Made by a program: the position numbers and the translations under genes
Shown here: positions 1-9,459 of the stretch, one piece after another
Position numbering within the stretch: position 1 is the stretch's first letter
Layout of the letters: every line of letters begins with the position of its first letter
The notes under the pieces: generated by a model
Databases searched by the model: none
What the model saw: the letters and a program-made list of their open reading frames with translations, nothing else
Told to the model about the DNA's origin: nothing
Source: Spirochaetota bacterium
GTDB lineage: Bacteria > Spirochaetota > UBA4802 > UBA5550
DNA length: 64,000 nucleotides
Direction: 5' to 3'
Assembly (NCBI GenBank): GCA_963664815.2
Contig: CAXXHB010000003.1
Span: 4,192,001 to 4,256,000 of the forward strand

Positions 1-27
1 CATACAAAAAAAGGTTTAAATAGGAAT

Positions 28-61
28 AAAAAAAAGGATACAGCCAAAATATCCCTTTTTT
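28..61. terminator. Probable intrinsic terminator downstream of the zinc-ribbon/DUF4389 gene
   Basis: A-run + GGATA ... TATCC + T-run inverted repeat, about 30 nt past the stop codon at 93 (minus strand). Confidence 0.5.
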
Positions 62-92
62 CACATTCATGTATAACATGCACATTCAAGCA

Positions 93-3000
93 TTAATCGA
101 AATTAAATGGCGGGTATTCATCTGTCAGTCCTGTAATAAACGCTGAGATTTTTGCCAGATACCTGAAATACTTTGTAAGATAAATGAATAATATATTCGG
201 CCATCTTCTTGTAGCTATTACCGATATTATTCCTGCAAGATACACAAAAGGTACTGAAATTGTAATAAAAGACATTATTAACAGATGAGGAAGCATAATA
301 AGCATTATTCCGATAATAGAAAGTCGCATTATTGCCAAATTCTTAGAATATTTTATAGGATAAGTAATATTCAACTGGAGGGGATGATCTATCGACTCCC
401 TCCCTGCATAAACTGGACGGTCCTCAACAATTCCGGTAATACAGGTTTCTATGTAGAAAAAGTATCTCATTGTGTTTTCTATTATCATTGCAAAGTCTTC
501 TATGAATCTACCTGTTGAGAGAATAACAATCTGATTAATAAACCCTAGAATAGACGAAAGCAACGTATAAACAAACATCACTACAAAGTGCGGTATCATA
601 CTTAAACTATACAAACCAAGCAATCTGAGGAGCGCACCGATTCTGGAATACTTAAGTGAAAGGTCAATGGAAAAAAGTGTATTCCCGTTTTCGGATAACG
701 CTTTTTCCTGATCTGATTCCTCGTATTCAAACATGTCATAGTCAGGCCTTGAAATACCAGACTTTCCTGTATCTTGAAAAACTGAAAGTTCGTCTTCAAA
801 ATGATCCACAATCTCTGTTGCTGGACGATTTTCCTCCTGGCGTACAATTGTATCATACTCATCAAGATCAATTTCCGGTAACTCATCAAGAGTATCGGTC
901 ACACGTTCTGTTTCAACTTTACCAGATTGTGCTATTTTATCAAGAGTAAGATCAGGATCGATTTCATCAAGCATAAGCTTGATATCCTCATCTGAAGCTG
1001 TTTCAAGTGCTTCTTTATGTAACAATGCAACTTTACCAGATCCGGATGTAAGTTCATCAAATGTCAGCCCGGCATCATCAAGAGTCAACTTTTCATCTTC
1101 TTCAGATATTTCTTCCTTCTTAGCACTTTTTTCTTCAGCAATCTCAAGTTCAAGTGTATCAAGGTCTATTGTTATACTCTCATCTTCATCTGGTTCTTCC
1201 AGAATCGGTTTTACTTTCTTTTTTTGAACCGAAGCATGTTTTTCAATAACATCATCCTCAAAGATCAGTTCTCTGTTTTCAATCTCTTCCAGATCAATGT
1301 CTAGATCATCAAGATTAAGTTTTATATCTTCTTCGCTGAATTCATCTTCAGGAAAAATCTCTTTATTATTTATATTTTTATTGCTTTTCACAGTCCTGAC
1401 AGGTTCTTCATATAGCTCAGATTTTGATGCAGGCTCATCAAGATCTATATCGAGATTATCAATATCAAGAGTTATATCATCCTCTAATTCCAGAGACTTA
1501 TCTCTCTTCTTACCTGCTTTTACAGGTTCTTCAAATAATTCAACTTTTGATGCAGGCTCATCAAGGTCTATATCAAGGTTATCAATATCAAGAGTTATAT
1601 CATCCTCTAATTCCAGAGACTTATCTCTCTGCTTACCTGCTTTTACAGGTTCTTCAAATAATTCAACTTTTGATGCAGGCTCATCAAGGTCTATATCAAG
1701 GTTATCAATATCAAGAGTTATATCATCCTCTAATTCCAGAGACTTATCTCTCTGCTTACCTGCTTTTACAGGCTCATCAAATAATTCAACTTTTGATGCA
1801 GGCTCATCAAGATCTATATCAAGGTTATCAATATCAAGAGTTATATCATCCTCTAATTCCAGAGACTTATCTTTCGACTTACCCGCCCTGACAGGTTCTT
1901 CAAATAATTCAACTTTTGATGCAGGCTCATCAAGGTCTATATCAAGGTTATCAATATCGAGAGTTATATCTTCTTCAAATCCCAGAGAATTATCTTTCGA
2001 CTTACCCGCCCTGACAGGTTCTTCAAATAATTCAACTTTTGATGCAGGCTCATCAAGGTCTATATCAAGGTTATCAATATCGAGAGTTATATCTTCTTCA
2101 AATCCCAGAGACTTATCTTTCGACTTACCCGCCCTGACAGGTTCTTCAAATAATTCAACTTTTGATGCAGGCTCATCAAGATCTATATCAAGGTTATCAA
2201 TATCGAGAGTTATATCTTCCTCAAATTCCAGAGGCTTATCTTTTGACTTACCCGCCCTGACAGGTTCTTCAAATAATTCAGAATTAAGACTCCCGGCTTC
2301 AAAATCAATCTCCTCAGCTACTAAATTATCAGCTTGATCTGATTTAGCAATTACAGGTTTCCCGGTTCCCTGCTTTCCACCATCAGCCCCTTCAAATTCA
2401 ATATCCAGTGAATCAAGATCAACGGTGATTTCATCTTCAAAGGCTTTTTCACTCTGTCGTGAAATGGGTTCCTCTTCAAATTTAATACCCTCTTCCGCAA
2501 AAAGTGCATCTATATCATCCTGACTGGAGAGCTTTATTTCTCTGTCGTTTTTTGTTTTTTCAGCATTCTCCAGGCTATCCAGGTCTTCAAATCCAAATTC
2601 AGCATCTTCTGACAGTAAATTATTATCAGGCAGCTTCTCTTTCCCATTTTGTTTTTTTGGAGTCTCTTCAAAGTCATCAAGAAATATATCATCATCCTCA
2701 GTCTTTACTGTATCTTCTTTAAGTTCTATTCCAAACTCATCTGCTTCTCTTCCCGATGATTTTTTTTCATCAAATGTTCTAAAATCTTCTTCGGTATTAA
2801 ATGAAATGGATTCATCGAGAGTATCCTCATCTTTTTTCTTTTTCGATGAAGCCACCTTCTCGGCTAAAATATCATCTCCTTCAAATTCCGGAAAGTCTTC
2901 AGATGGTTCAATTTCCAGATTCAGTTTTCTTTCTTTCTTTTCCTTTACTATATAATCATCTGAAAATTCAGCTGAATTTTCGTCTTCAAATAAATCGGAT

Positions 3001-3284
3001 TTTTTCTCTACAGGCGATTCATTATAAAAAAGATCGTCATCGCTAGATTCAGGTGTTCCAGTCTGTTCACCAGCTTTTCTGTTTGATATAGTATCATCTG
3101 CAAAATCATTAAAGAATGGTTCTTCTGGCTTAAGCTTCTTCTCCTCCGATTTTTTAACGGGTGTTCTATTATCAATAATATTTTCTGAACTGCATTTTGG
3201 ACAATTGAAAGCAAATTTTTTATTAGCTACCTTTTCATCATCAACGGCAAATGCAGACTCACAGTTATTACACCTGACAATCAT
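93..3284 (-). CDS. MJ0042-type zinc-ribbon protein with a long acidic repeat region and C-terminal tandem DUF4389-like membrane domain
   Basis: N-terminal MIVRCNNC...FNCPKC; D/E-rich middle; two hydrophobic repeats with SR..LLRL..IPH..GR and the ending LTDEYPPF; GGAGA RBS upstream. Confidence 0.85.
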   Translation of the reverse strand: MIVRCNNCESAFAVDDEKVANKKFAFNCPKCSSENIIDNRTPVKKSEEKKLKPEEPFFNDFADDTISNRKAGEQTGTPESSDDDLFYNESPVEKKSDLFEDENSAEFSDDYIVKEKKERKLNLEIEPSEDFPEFEGDDILAEKVASSKKKKDEDTLDESISFNTEEDFRTFDEKKSSGREADEFGIELKEDTVKTEDDDIFLDDFEETPKKQNGKEKLPDNNLLSEDAEFGFEDLDSLENAEKTKNDREIKLSSQDDIDALFAEEGIKFEEEPISRQSEKAFEDEITVDLDSLDIEFEGADGGKQGTGKPVIAKSDQADNLVAEEIDFEAGSLNSELFEEPVRAGKSKDKPLEFEEDITLDIDNLDIDLDEPASKVELFEEPVRAGKSKDKSLGFEEDITLDIDNLDIDLDEPASKVELFEEPVRAGKSKDNSLGFEEDITLDIDNLDIDLDEPASKVELFEEPVRAGKSKDKSLELEDDITLDIDNLDIDLDEPASKVELFDEPVKAGKQRDKSLELEDDITLDIDNLDIDLDEPASKVELFEEPVKAGKQRDKSLELEDDITLDIDNLDIDLDEPASKVELFEEPVKAGKKRDKSLELEDDITLDIDNLDIDLDEPASKSELYEEPVRTVKSNKNINNKEIFPEDEFSEEDIKLNLDDLDIDLEEIENRELIFEDDVIEKHASVQKKKVKPILEEPDEDESITIDLDTLELEIAEEKSAKKEEISEEDEKLTLDDAGLTFDELTSGSGKVALLHKEALETASDEDIKLMLDEIDPDLTLDKIAQSGKVETERVTDTLDELPEIDLDEYDTIVRQEENRPATEIVDHFEDELSVFQDTGKSGISRPDYDMFEYEESDQEKALSENGNTLFSIDLSLKYSRIGALLRLLGLYSLSMIPHFVVMFVYTLLSSILGFINQIVILSTGRFIEDFAMIIENTMRYFFYIETCITGIVEDRPVYAGRESIDHPLQLNITYPIKYSKNLAIMRLSIIGIMLIMLPHLLIMSFITISVPFVYLAGIISVIATRRWPNILFIYLTKYFRYLAKISAFITGLTDEYPPFNFD
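1419..2279 (-). repeat. Intragenic tandem repeat, 7 x 123 bp (41 aa) plus a partial eighth copy
   Basis: GATGCAGGCTCATCA recurs at 1426, 1549, 1672, 1795, 1918, 2041 and 2164; unit approximately ELFEEPVRAGKSKDKSLELEDDITLDIDNLDIDLDEPASKV. Confidence 0.97.
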
Positions 3285-3301
3285 TTCATTCTCCTGTTAC
3301 G

Positions 3302-3610
3302 TTATCTGCCCGGAAAATATTTTTCATTTACGTTATGCTGAATAATTATCGGTGAAATTGGGAGAAATAATATCATAAACCATTTCATATCTCTACCATT
3401 AATCATCTCTGATTTCTGCATATATTTCAGATTTAAATAAAAACTCCAGATACCAACGGTGAAAACTGAAAGTATTATATTCATAACGGGATCGTCACTG
3501 AAAACCCTGCTGATTCTGGCAAGCCACCAGAAATAATATAATCCCATAGTTATAATTATAAGGAGGAAAAGTATCACCAGATTATTTTCAGGAATATATT
3601 CATGCATCAT
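3302..3610 (-). CDS. Small membrane protein, DUF4234-like
   Basis: Duplicated motif IITMGLYYFWW / SVFTVGIWSFY and C-terminal IIQHNVN; ends 17 nt before the next gene. Confidence 0.7.
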   Translation of the reverse strand: MMHEYIPENNLVILFLLIIITMGLYYFWWLARISRVFSDDPVMNIILSVFTVGIWSFYLNLKYMQKSEMINGRDMKWFMILFLPISPIIIQHNVNEKYFPGR

Positions 3611-3859
3611 TTTTACCTTAATATTTAAAATAGCATTTATTTGAACAAATCTTTATAATTATTCTATATTATTAACGGTCTTTTTTACATTTTTTCTTAA
3701 CACTTTTTATATAAACAATTATAAGGTATTATAAAAACTTTGTTTTTTATTAAAGTGAGACATCATTTCTACCGGTTTATTTAGACAAATTCAGTATATG
3801 TAGTACACCATTCTCTGGCGCCCCGGAATCTCTACGTCGCCTGTTTAAATATAATAATA

Positions 3860-5005
3860 TTAGTTATCAGGTCTTTCCTTAATTTTAATATAAAGATTCT
3901 GAAGCTCTCTATTCCGCCAGATTGAAACTGTAACCGTATCTCCGATGGATGCCTCTTCCATTGTCTGAAAAAGATCTTTTATCTCAACAATATTCCTGTT
4001 GTTAATTTTGACAATCACATCGCCAACCCTGATTCCACCCGATTCAGCCGGACTTCCATCTATTACTTCACCAACAAACGCACCCTGGTTTTGTTCCATT
4101 CCAATCTGCTTTGCATCTTCATCCGATATAGGAATAATAGTAACACCCAGGTATCCTCTTTTTACCTTTTTATTTTTCTGGAGTTGAGTCAATATAGATT
4201 TAGCTGTATTCATTGGTATTGCAAATCCTATCCCCATGTAACCTCCACTCTTTGAGTAAATCATCCGGTTAATGCCTATAACCTCACCATAAATATTAAT
4301 CAGCGGCCCGCCTGAATTTCCCGGATTGATGGAGGCATCGGTTTGTATATGTGACCCCCCCATAAAATCCACATCCCGCCTTCCTGTAGCACTTACTACA
4401 CCTACTGTAAAGGTCTTATCTAGTCCGAATGGATTGCCTATTGCTATGGCCCAGTCTCCTACCTGTACTTTATCTGAATCACCAAAATATACAGGAATGA
4501 GTTTACTCTTAGGTTCTATTTTCAGCAGTGCAATATCAGTTTTTTCGTCAGAACCTATTATTTTTGCTTCAAAATTTTTCCCGTTTACATTAACAACTAC
4601 CTTATCTACACCATAAATTACATGATAATTAGTGCATATATATCCATCTTCTGAGAGAATAAAACCAGTTCCAAGTCCTGTCCGTTTCTGAAGTTTCGAT
4701 TTTCCGTCTTTTCCAAAAAATTCTCTCAATATAGGGTCATCAAAAAAAGGATTCCTGACTTTTACAATCTGTTCTGTTGTAATAAATACAACAGAATCTT
4801 TATACTGACTGAATATTTTCCGGAAAACAGTCTGTATCTCAAATGCCTTTGTAGATTCTGCTTCGGATTTTATGGGAGATTCCCCGGAGTTCCCGAAAAG
4901 GGTGTTCTGGCTATCCCTGCTGCATGAGAAATGATTTATACCAGCTGCTATAACTATTACCATTACAGGTATAATAATAAATGTTTTTTTCATACTGAAC
5001 CTCAT
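3860..5005 (-). CDS. HtrA/DegQ (Do) family serine endoprotease with one PDZ domain
   Basis: GTGF, TNYHV, DIALL and QTDASINPGNSGGPL triad motifs; PDZ (RGYLGV...SPA..GG.RVGD). Confidence 0.95.
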   Translation of the reverse strand: MRFSMKKTFIIIPVMVIVIAAGINHFSCSRDSQNTLFGNSGESPIKSEAESTKAFEIQTVFRKIFSQYKDSVVFITTEQIVKVRNPFFDDPILREFFGKDGKSKLQKRTGLGTGFILSEDGYICTNYHVIYGVDKVVVNVNGKNFEAKIIGSDEKTDIALLKIEPKSKLIPVYFGDSDKVQVGDWAIAIGNPFGLDKTFTVGVVSATGRRDVDFMGGSHIQTDASINPGNSGGPLINIYGEVIGINRMIYSKSGGYMGIGFAIPMNTAKSILTQLQKNKKVKRGYLGVTIIPISDEDAKQIGMEQNQGAFVGEVIDGSPAESGGIRVGDVIVKINNRNIVEIKDLFQTMEEASIGDTVTVSIWRNRELQNLYIKIKERPDN

Positions 5006-5012
5006 ATTTATG

Positions 5013-5219
5013 CTAGTCTAAAGAATCTTTCTTTTTATATTTATTTTTAAGTCTTTCTTCTTTTTCTATCTCTTTCTGAAAAATATATTTATCATCATGC
5101 GATCCATCAGTTTTTATTGTGTCCATATCCACAAAAACAGGCTCTTTTTTCTCTTTGCAGCTGATTAAAAAAGTAATAATCAGGACGAACGAAATAATGA
5201 CCATCGCACGTTTAATCAT
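5013..5219 (-). CDS. Small putative lipoprotein
   Basis: Basic N-terminus, hydrophobic core and LISC lipobox; GGGGA RBS; ends 7 nt before the protease ORF. Confidence 0.7.
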   Translation of the reverse strand: MIKRAMVIISFVLIITFLISCKEKKEPVFVDMDTIKTDGSHDDKYIFQKEIEKEERLKNKYKKKDSLD

Positions 5220-5449
5220 TTAAATTCCCCGTATTTTTAGAAAATTAATCAATACTAAAGATATTATAAAAAAATACAAATATATTTCTAATAATAAAAT
5301 TGTAACTACTTAAAAACATATAGCAATAAATATTTCCTGCACACAAAACGTATTGGAAATATTTACATTAAGTTTTTAAACAGATATAAAAAATTTTCTT
5401 TGACTTCCACCTTTATCAAAGTATCAAGAAGTATCTGAATGAGAAAATA

Positions 5450-6982
5450 ATGATAAAAAGTCCGAAATATAAAACTGTACCGGCAAAAGATGGTAATCCA
5501 ATTATTGTTGTGGAGATGAATGGCAAAGAATTTCCTCTACACAGTAAAATAAATCCTCTCAAAGAAAATGATACAGCCGGTTATATATTGGACCCTGAGA
5601 GATTTGATTTACTATTGATTGTTGGATGCGGTCTTGGTTACAGTATTATGAAACTGAAAGAGTATGCAGATAAATTCAGACATATTATTATAATAGAAAT
5701 TCTACCAAACATTGAAGATGAAATTACAAAAAACTCTCATACATTTTTTCTTTCAGATAAAAAGAATATATCCTTTTTATCGGGCAAGGATATCGGAGAG
5801 ATCAATAAATCACTTTCCGATATTATTGATTTTGAAGAATTGAAAGGAATACAGTTAATTGAACATCCTCAATCTATAAGGATTTTTCCTGTTTATTATA
5901 ATGATGTTAAATTACAAATTAAAAAAATAATCGATAAAAAAGCTAGCGATAAAGCAACAAAAAAGATTTTTGGCAGCCTTTTCCTCAGAAACGCCCTGAA
6001 TAATTTAGCCTGTTTCAGTCATTGCCTCCCGGTAAATTCTCTTACAGGGAGGTTCAAGGGGGAAAAGGCTGTTATTGTTTCATCTGCTCCATCTATTGAG
6101 GATACCATAAAGAAACTGAAGACATATGAAAATAACCTGTACATTATAGCTGTTGATTCTGCTCTCCCGGTGCTGAAGTGTTATGGGATTAAACCCGATT
6201 TTGTAATATCAATAGATCCTCAGCCGAGAATTGGTGAACATTTTATAGGACATGAGCTTTATAATGCATACCATATATTCTCTATCGTATCCCCACCGGA
6301 ACTGATTAAAAAATACGGAGGGTTCATCTCACTAAACAGTCATCCAGTATCACAAATTATCGAAAATATATATCCAGGCAGAAACGGATCAATAGATTCA
6401 TCAACAGGATCTGTAGCAGGGGATGCTTTCATTTTCGCATTAATTGCTGGATTTGATTTCATCGCTATGGCTGGTTTTGATTTCTCCTTCTCAGACAATA
6501 TTATCTACGCAAGAGGTACTGCCTACCAGACTAGGTACTCTCAATATTTTAATAACAGATTTAAGACCGCCGAAACTTTCAATGGAGAATATATTTTCAA
6601 ATCAAGCGGATCTGTAACCGTTGAAGGAAAATATACAAGAAGATCTTTTATCAATTACAGAAACTCTCTCGATTCACTGATTAAAGAAAAGGGATTTAAT
6701 AATCTATTTATTATTAATAAAAAAGGGCTTTCTTTAGACAACGCTCATCCGACAGATTTTGATTCATTCATGAAAAATTCTTCAATTAGAGAAAAGAATA
6801 AAATTGAGTTTCTTTGCGCGCTTGATATTAAAAAAAGCCCGGAATCACTGAATATAACAAAAGTTAAAGAGCGATTGTTAGATACAAGGGTTCTTGATGA
6901 GCTTCTGAAAGAATCACTGGGACGGAATGTAACAACAGAACAAAAAAGAAAGATTATTTCATTAATTGAAAGAATCGAATAA
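5450..6982 (+). CDS. Motility-associated factor (Maf/DUF115, MptE-like) family protein, putative flagellin glycosyltransferase
   Basis: LHSKINP, GCGLGY, AVIVSSAPS, IIAVDSAL, GIKPDFVISIDP and AGFDFSF motifs. Confidence 0.8.
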   Translation: MIKSPKYKTVPAKDGNPIIVVEMNGKEFPLHSKINPLKENDTAGYILDPERFDLLLIVGCGLGYSIMKLKEYADKFRHIIIIEILPNIEDEITKNSHTFFLSDKKNISFLSGKDIGEINKSLSDIIDFEELKGIQLIEHPQSIRIFPVYYNDVKLQIKKIIDKKASDKATKKIFGSLFLRNALNNLACFSHCLPVNSLTGRFKGEKAVIVSSAPSIEDTIKKLKTYENNLYIIAVDSALPVLKCYGIKPDFVISIDPQPRIGEHFIGHELYNAYHIFSIVSPPELIKKYGGFISLNSHPVSQIIENIYPGRNGSIDSSTGSVAGDAFIFALIAGFDFIAMAGFDFSFSDNIIYARGTAYQTRYSQYFNNRFKTAETFNGEYIFKSSGSVTVEGKYTRRSFINYRNSLDSLIKEKGFNNLFIINKKGLSLDNAHPTDFDSFMKNSSIREKNKIEFLCALDIKKSPESLNITKVKERLLDTRVLDELLKESLGRNVTTEQKRKIISLIERIE

Positions 6983-7121
6983 ATACAGATTTCAAATATA
7001 CAAGAAGCGTCATAAAAAATCCGGAAGAGCTCTCACACCTCCAAATGAGGTTAAATAAATACTTTCTCAAAGCTGAGAGCACATGTCGCTTGAAATCTAA
7101 AACTGCAGACGAGGGAATATT

Positions 7122-7646
7122 ATGATACTTGCCGACATTGAAGTTAAAACATCCGAAATCGATGGTTGTGGAGTATTCCTTACCCGGAATGTATGTAAAG
7201 GTGAACTCCTCATCATTTATACTTACGGCATCAGTGAACTGATACACAAAGATCGACATGATAAGGCATGCAGCGATTTTATAAATTCACCGGAACCGGA
7301 TATAGTAGATTCAAGTGTAAGATATATTTATAACTGGTTTATTTACGACTCATTTACAAGAAACAACAAATCATTCGGATGCAGCGAAAGTGACTTTGTA
7401 AACCATTCATTTAATCCTTCTATGATATATCACTGCGGACTCTGTTTCGCAGCAAGGGATCTGAAAGCAGGTGAGGAGCTGACTGTTGACTATCGTTTTT
7501 TTCTTTCCGAAGACGTTAATGGTTTCACTGATATGAAAAGTGGCAGGTATATCAAAGGTTTAAACGGGAAAAAAGCTTTTATTTCATCTCTAAAAAAACT
7601 GAATGAAATATTTAAAGATGACCCGCTGTACGGGGAAGAGGATTAA
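7122..7646 (+). CDS. SET-domain protein-lysine methyltransferase
   Basis: SEIDGCGVF, FVNHSFNP and AARDLKAGEELTVDY SET signatures; GAGGG RBS. Confidence 0.85.
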   Translation: MILADIEVKTSEIDGCGVFLTRNVCKGELLIIYTYGISELIHKDRHDKACSDFINSPEPDIVDSSVRYIYNWFIYDSFTRNNKSFGCSESDFVNHSFNPSMIYHCGLCFAARDLKAGEELTVDYRFFLSEDVNGFTDMKSGRYIKGLNGKKAFISSLKKLNEIFKDDPLYGEED

Positions 7647-7855
7647 CTGGTATTTAAATATAATAATATCAATCAGTTTCCAGACTTAACAACCCTACGT
7701 CCTAAAGGAAAAAGGAATTATCTTTTGTGACAGAAAATAATTTATTAAAAAGCAGATTGCGCTTTGAACCCTATTTGATACAGATGCTATCTGGAATGAG
7801 AGCAGCCACGAAGCAGGGTCTCATGTATAATAGAATATGAAAAAAGGAAATATTT

Positions 7856-8443
7856 ATGAGAATCGGGATTACAGGAATTTTTGCTTCAGGCAAGGGAACA
7901 GTCTGCGAGATGTTCAGAGAGCTTGGTGCTGATGTAATTGATACTGATATAGTTGCAAGAGAGATTATGGAACCTGGACAGGAAGGATTAAAAAGTATTA
8001 TTGAAGTTTTCGGATCAGAGTTCATTAATAGTGACGGGACGCTGAATAGAAGACGTTTTGCAAACTCCGTATTTGGAAATAATGAAAAAGTAAAGATTCT
8101 TAACGAAATTACTCACCCGGCTATACAAAAAATTGTTGTTGAAAGAAGTTCCGGAGAAGGGATATATATGATTAATACACCCCTCCTTTTTGAGTCGGAA
8201 TTTGATAAAATCATGAAATATAATGTTGTAGTAACCGCCGGAGCTAATCAGGTGCTTTCTCGTGGTATTAAAAGAGATAAAATTTCTGAAGAAGAGATAA
8301 AAGAAAGACTTAAACATCAAATTCCGCTTAATGAAAAAGTTAAACTTGCCGATTATATTATAGATAATTCAGGTACTATTGATCAAACTAAAAGGCAGGT
8401 TGTTGATTTATGGAAAATTTTGATCCAAAACCAAACGCAGTAA
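7856..8443 (+). CDS. coaE: Dephospho-CoA kinase
   Basis: IGITGIFASGKGT P-loop, IDTD, LNEITHP, PLLFE, ADYIIDNSG. Confidence 0.95.
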   Translation: MRIGITGIFASGKGTVCEMFRELGADVIDTDIVAREIMEPGQEGLKSIIEVFGSEFINSDGTLNRRRFANSVFGNNEKVKILNEITHPAIQKIVVERSSGEGIYMINTPLLFESEFDKIMKYNVVVTAGANQVLSRGIKRDKISEEEIKERLKHQIPLNEKVKLADYIIDNSGTIDQTKRQVVDLWKILIQNQTQ

Positions 8444-9264
8444 AGGAAAAAAATCTATATATTGTTCATCTTGACACCCCCAGAATAATTATTCTTTCAT
8501 CAGTCATCGTTGGAATTATAGCTGCGGCTTTTCTTCTTGGAATGAGTTTCATGAAAGATGATAAGCCAGCTTCCAAAGAGTTAAGTATAAGCGGAATGAA
8601 TTTTAATGATAGTAAAACAACTGATATGCTTGGTTCTGAAATCCCTCCAATACCTACCGAAAATACTGAAGATGGAAACATTGAAGATAAATCAGCCATG
8701 GTTAATGCAAATAAAAATAATTTAGCGATTAAGGAAGAAAAAAAACAACCTCAGGCTAATGAACTGGCTGTTGCCAAAGATGAAATTAAGCATGATAAAA
8801 ATGATGTTCTTACTAATGAGAATATTAAAGAAATAATTCCGCCGGCAGGAAAGATTAATTCCCCAAAAAAAACCGAGAAAATCGCAAAACATGAGAAAAA
8901 AACAGAGAAAGAAAATAGTAAGAAAATAGCAAACAGAGTTGATAAAAAGCGTGAAAATAAACATGAGCTTACAAACAGTAAAAGCAAGATTTATGAAGTA
9001 TCTCATAATGTGAATGAAAAGAAAAATATTGATTCCTACTCTATTCAAGTTGCATCTTATGACACTCAGAATAAAGCTGAAAATGAAAAATCACTACTTA
9101 AATCGAAAAAATATGATGCATATGTCGACAAGAGTTCGGTTAACGGTAAAACTTATTTCAGGGTAAGAATCGGACCTCTCTCTTCATCAAAACAGGCTTA
9201 CGACCTTCTCAATGAAGTTCAGAGAGAATCCCGTTACACGTCAAGTTATATGGTAAAAGAATAG
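8410..9264 (+). CDS. Bitopic SPOR-domain protein (FtsN/DedD-like)
   Basis: Single TM helix, K/E/N-rich linker, C-terminal YSIQVASY...YFRVRIGP. Confidence 0.88.
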   Translation: MENFDPKPNAVKEKNLYIVHLDTPRIIILSSVIVGIIAAAFLLGMSFMKDDKPASKELSISGMNFNDSKTTDMLGSEIPPIPTENTEDGNIEDKSAMVNANKNNLAIKEEKKQPQANELAVAKDEIKHDKNDVLTNENIKEIIPPAGKINSPKKTEKIAKHEKKTEKENSKKIANRVDKKRENKHELTNSKSKIYEVSHNVNEKKNIDSYSIQVASYDTQNKAENEKSLLKSKKYDAYVDKSSVNGKTYFRVRIGPLSSSKQAYDLLNEVQRESRYTSSYMVKE

Positions 9265-9360
9265 AATTTTATTATTATGGACAGATATGAAAATTCCTTT
9301 TTTGCAACCAAAGGAAATCATGCAGGTCTATCATTAAACTACTGCCATTGTATGTATAGA

Positions 9361-9400
9361 AGAAAAGCGACATGTTTTTGTCGCTTTTCTTTATTTATTT
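9361..9400 (+). terminator. Intrinsic terminator after coaE-SPOR
   Basis: Perfect 12-bp stem AGAAAAGCGACA / TGTCGCTTTTCT, 6-nt loop, T-rich tail. Confidence 0.8.
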
Positions 9401-9459
9401 TGACGATATAATAGCTTATAGTTTGTTATAAATTTAAAGATTTATCGCCGGAGGTTGTT

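Noticed and set aside
1419-2279. Possible CRISPR array
   Set aside because: Units are contiguous, in-frame 123-bp coding repeats with no unique spacers, and there are no cas genes.
1297-2337. 346-aa Ser-rich plus-strand ORF (and the 155-aa ORF at 1424-1891)
   Set aside because: Antisense shadows of the Asp/Glu-rich tandem repeat; they stay open only because the unit is repeated.
3672-3699. Possible sigma-28 promoter (minus strand TAAG-N16-ACCGTTAA) for the DUF4234/scaffold pair
   Set aside because: Three mismatches and non-optimal spacing in very AT-rich DNA; too weak to call.
3760-3850. Purine-riboswitch-like TTTCTACC/TCTCTAC words and a GC-rich GTAG/REP-like patch
   Set aside because: The other conserved riboswitch elements are missing, no plus-strand gene lies downstream, and I saw no second copy or RAYT transposase.
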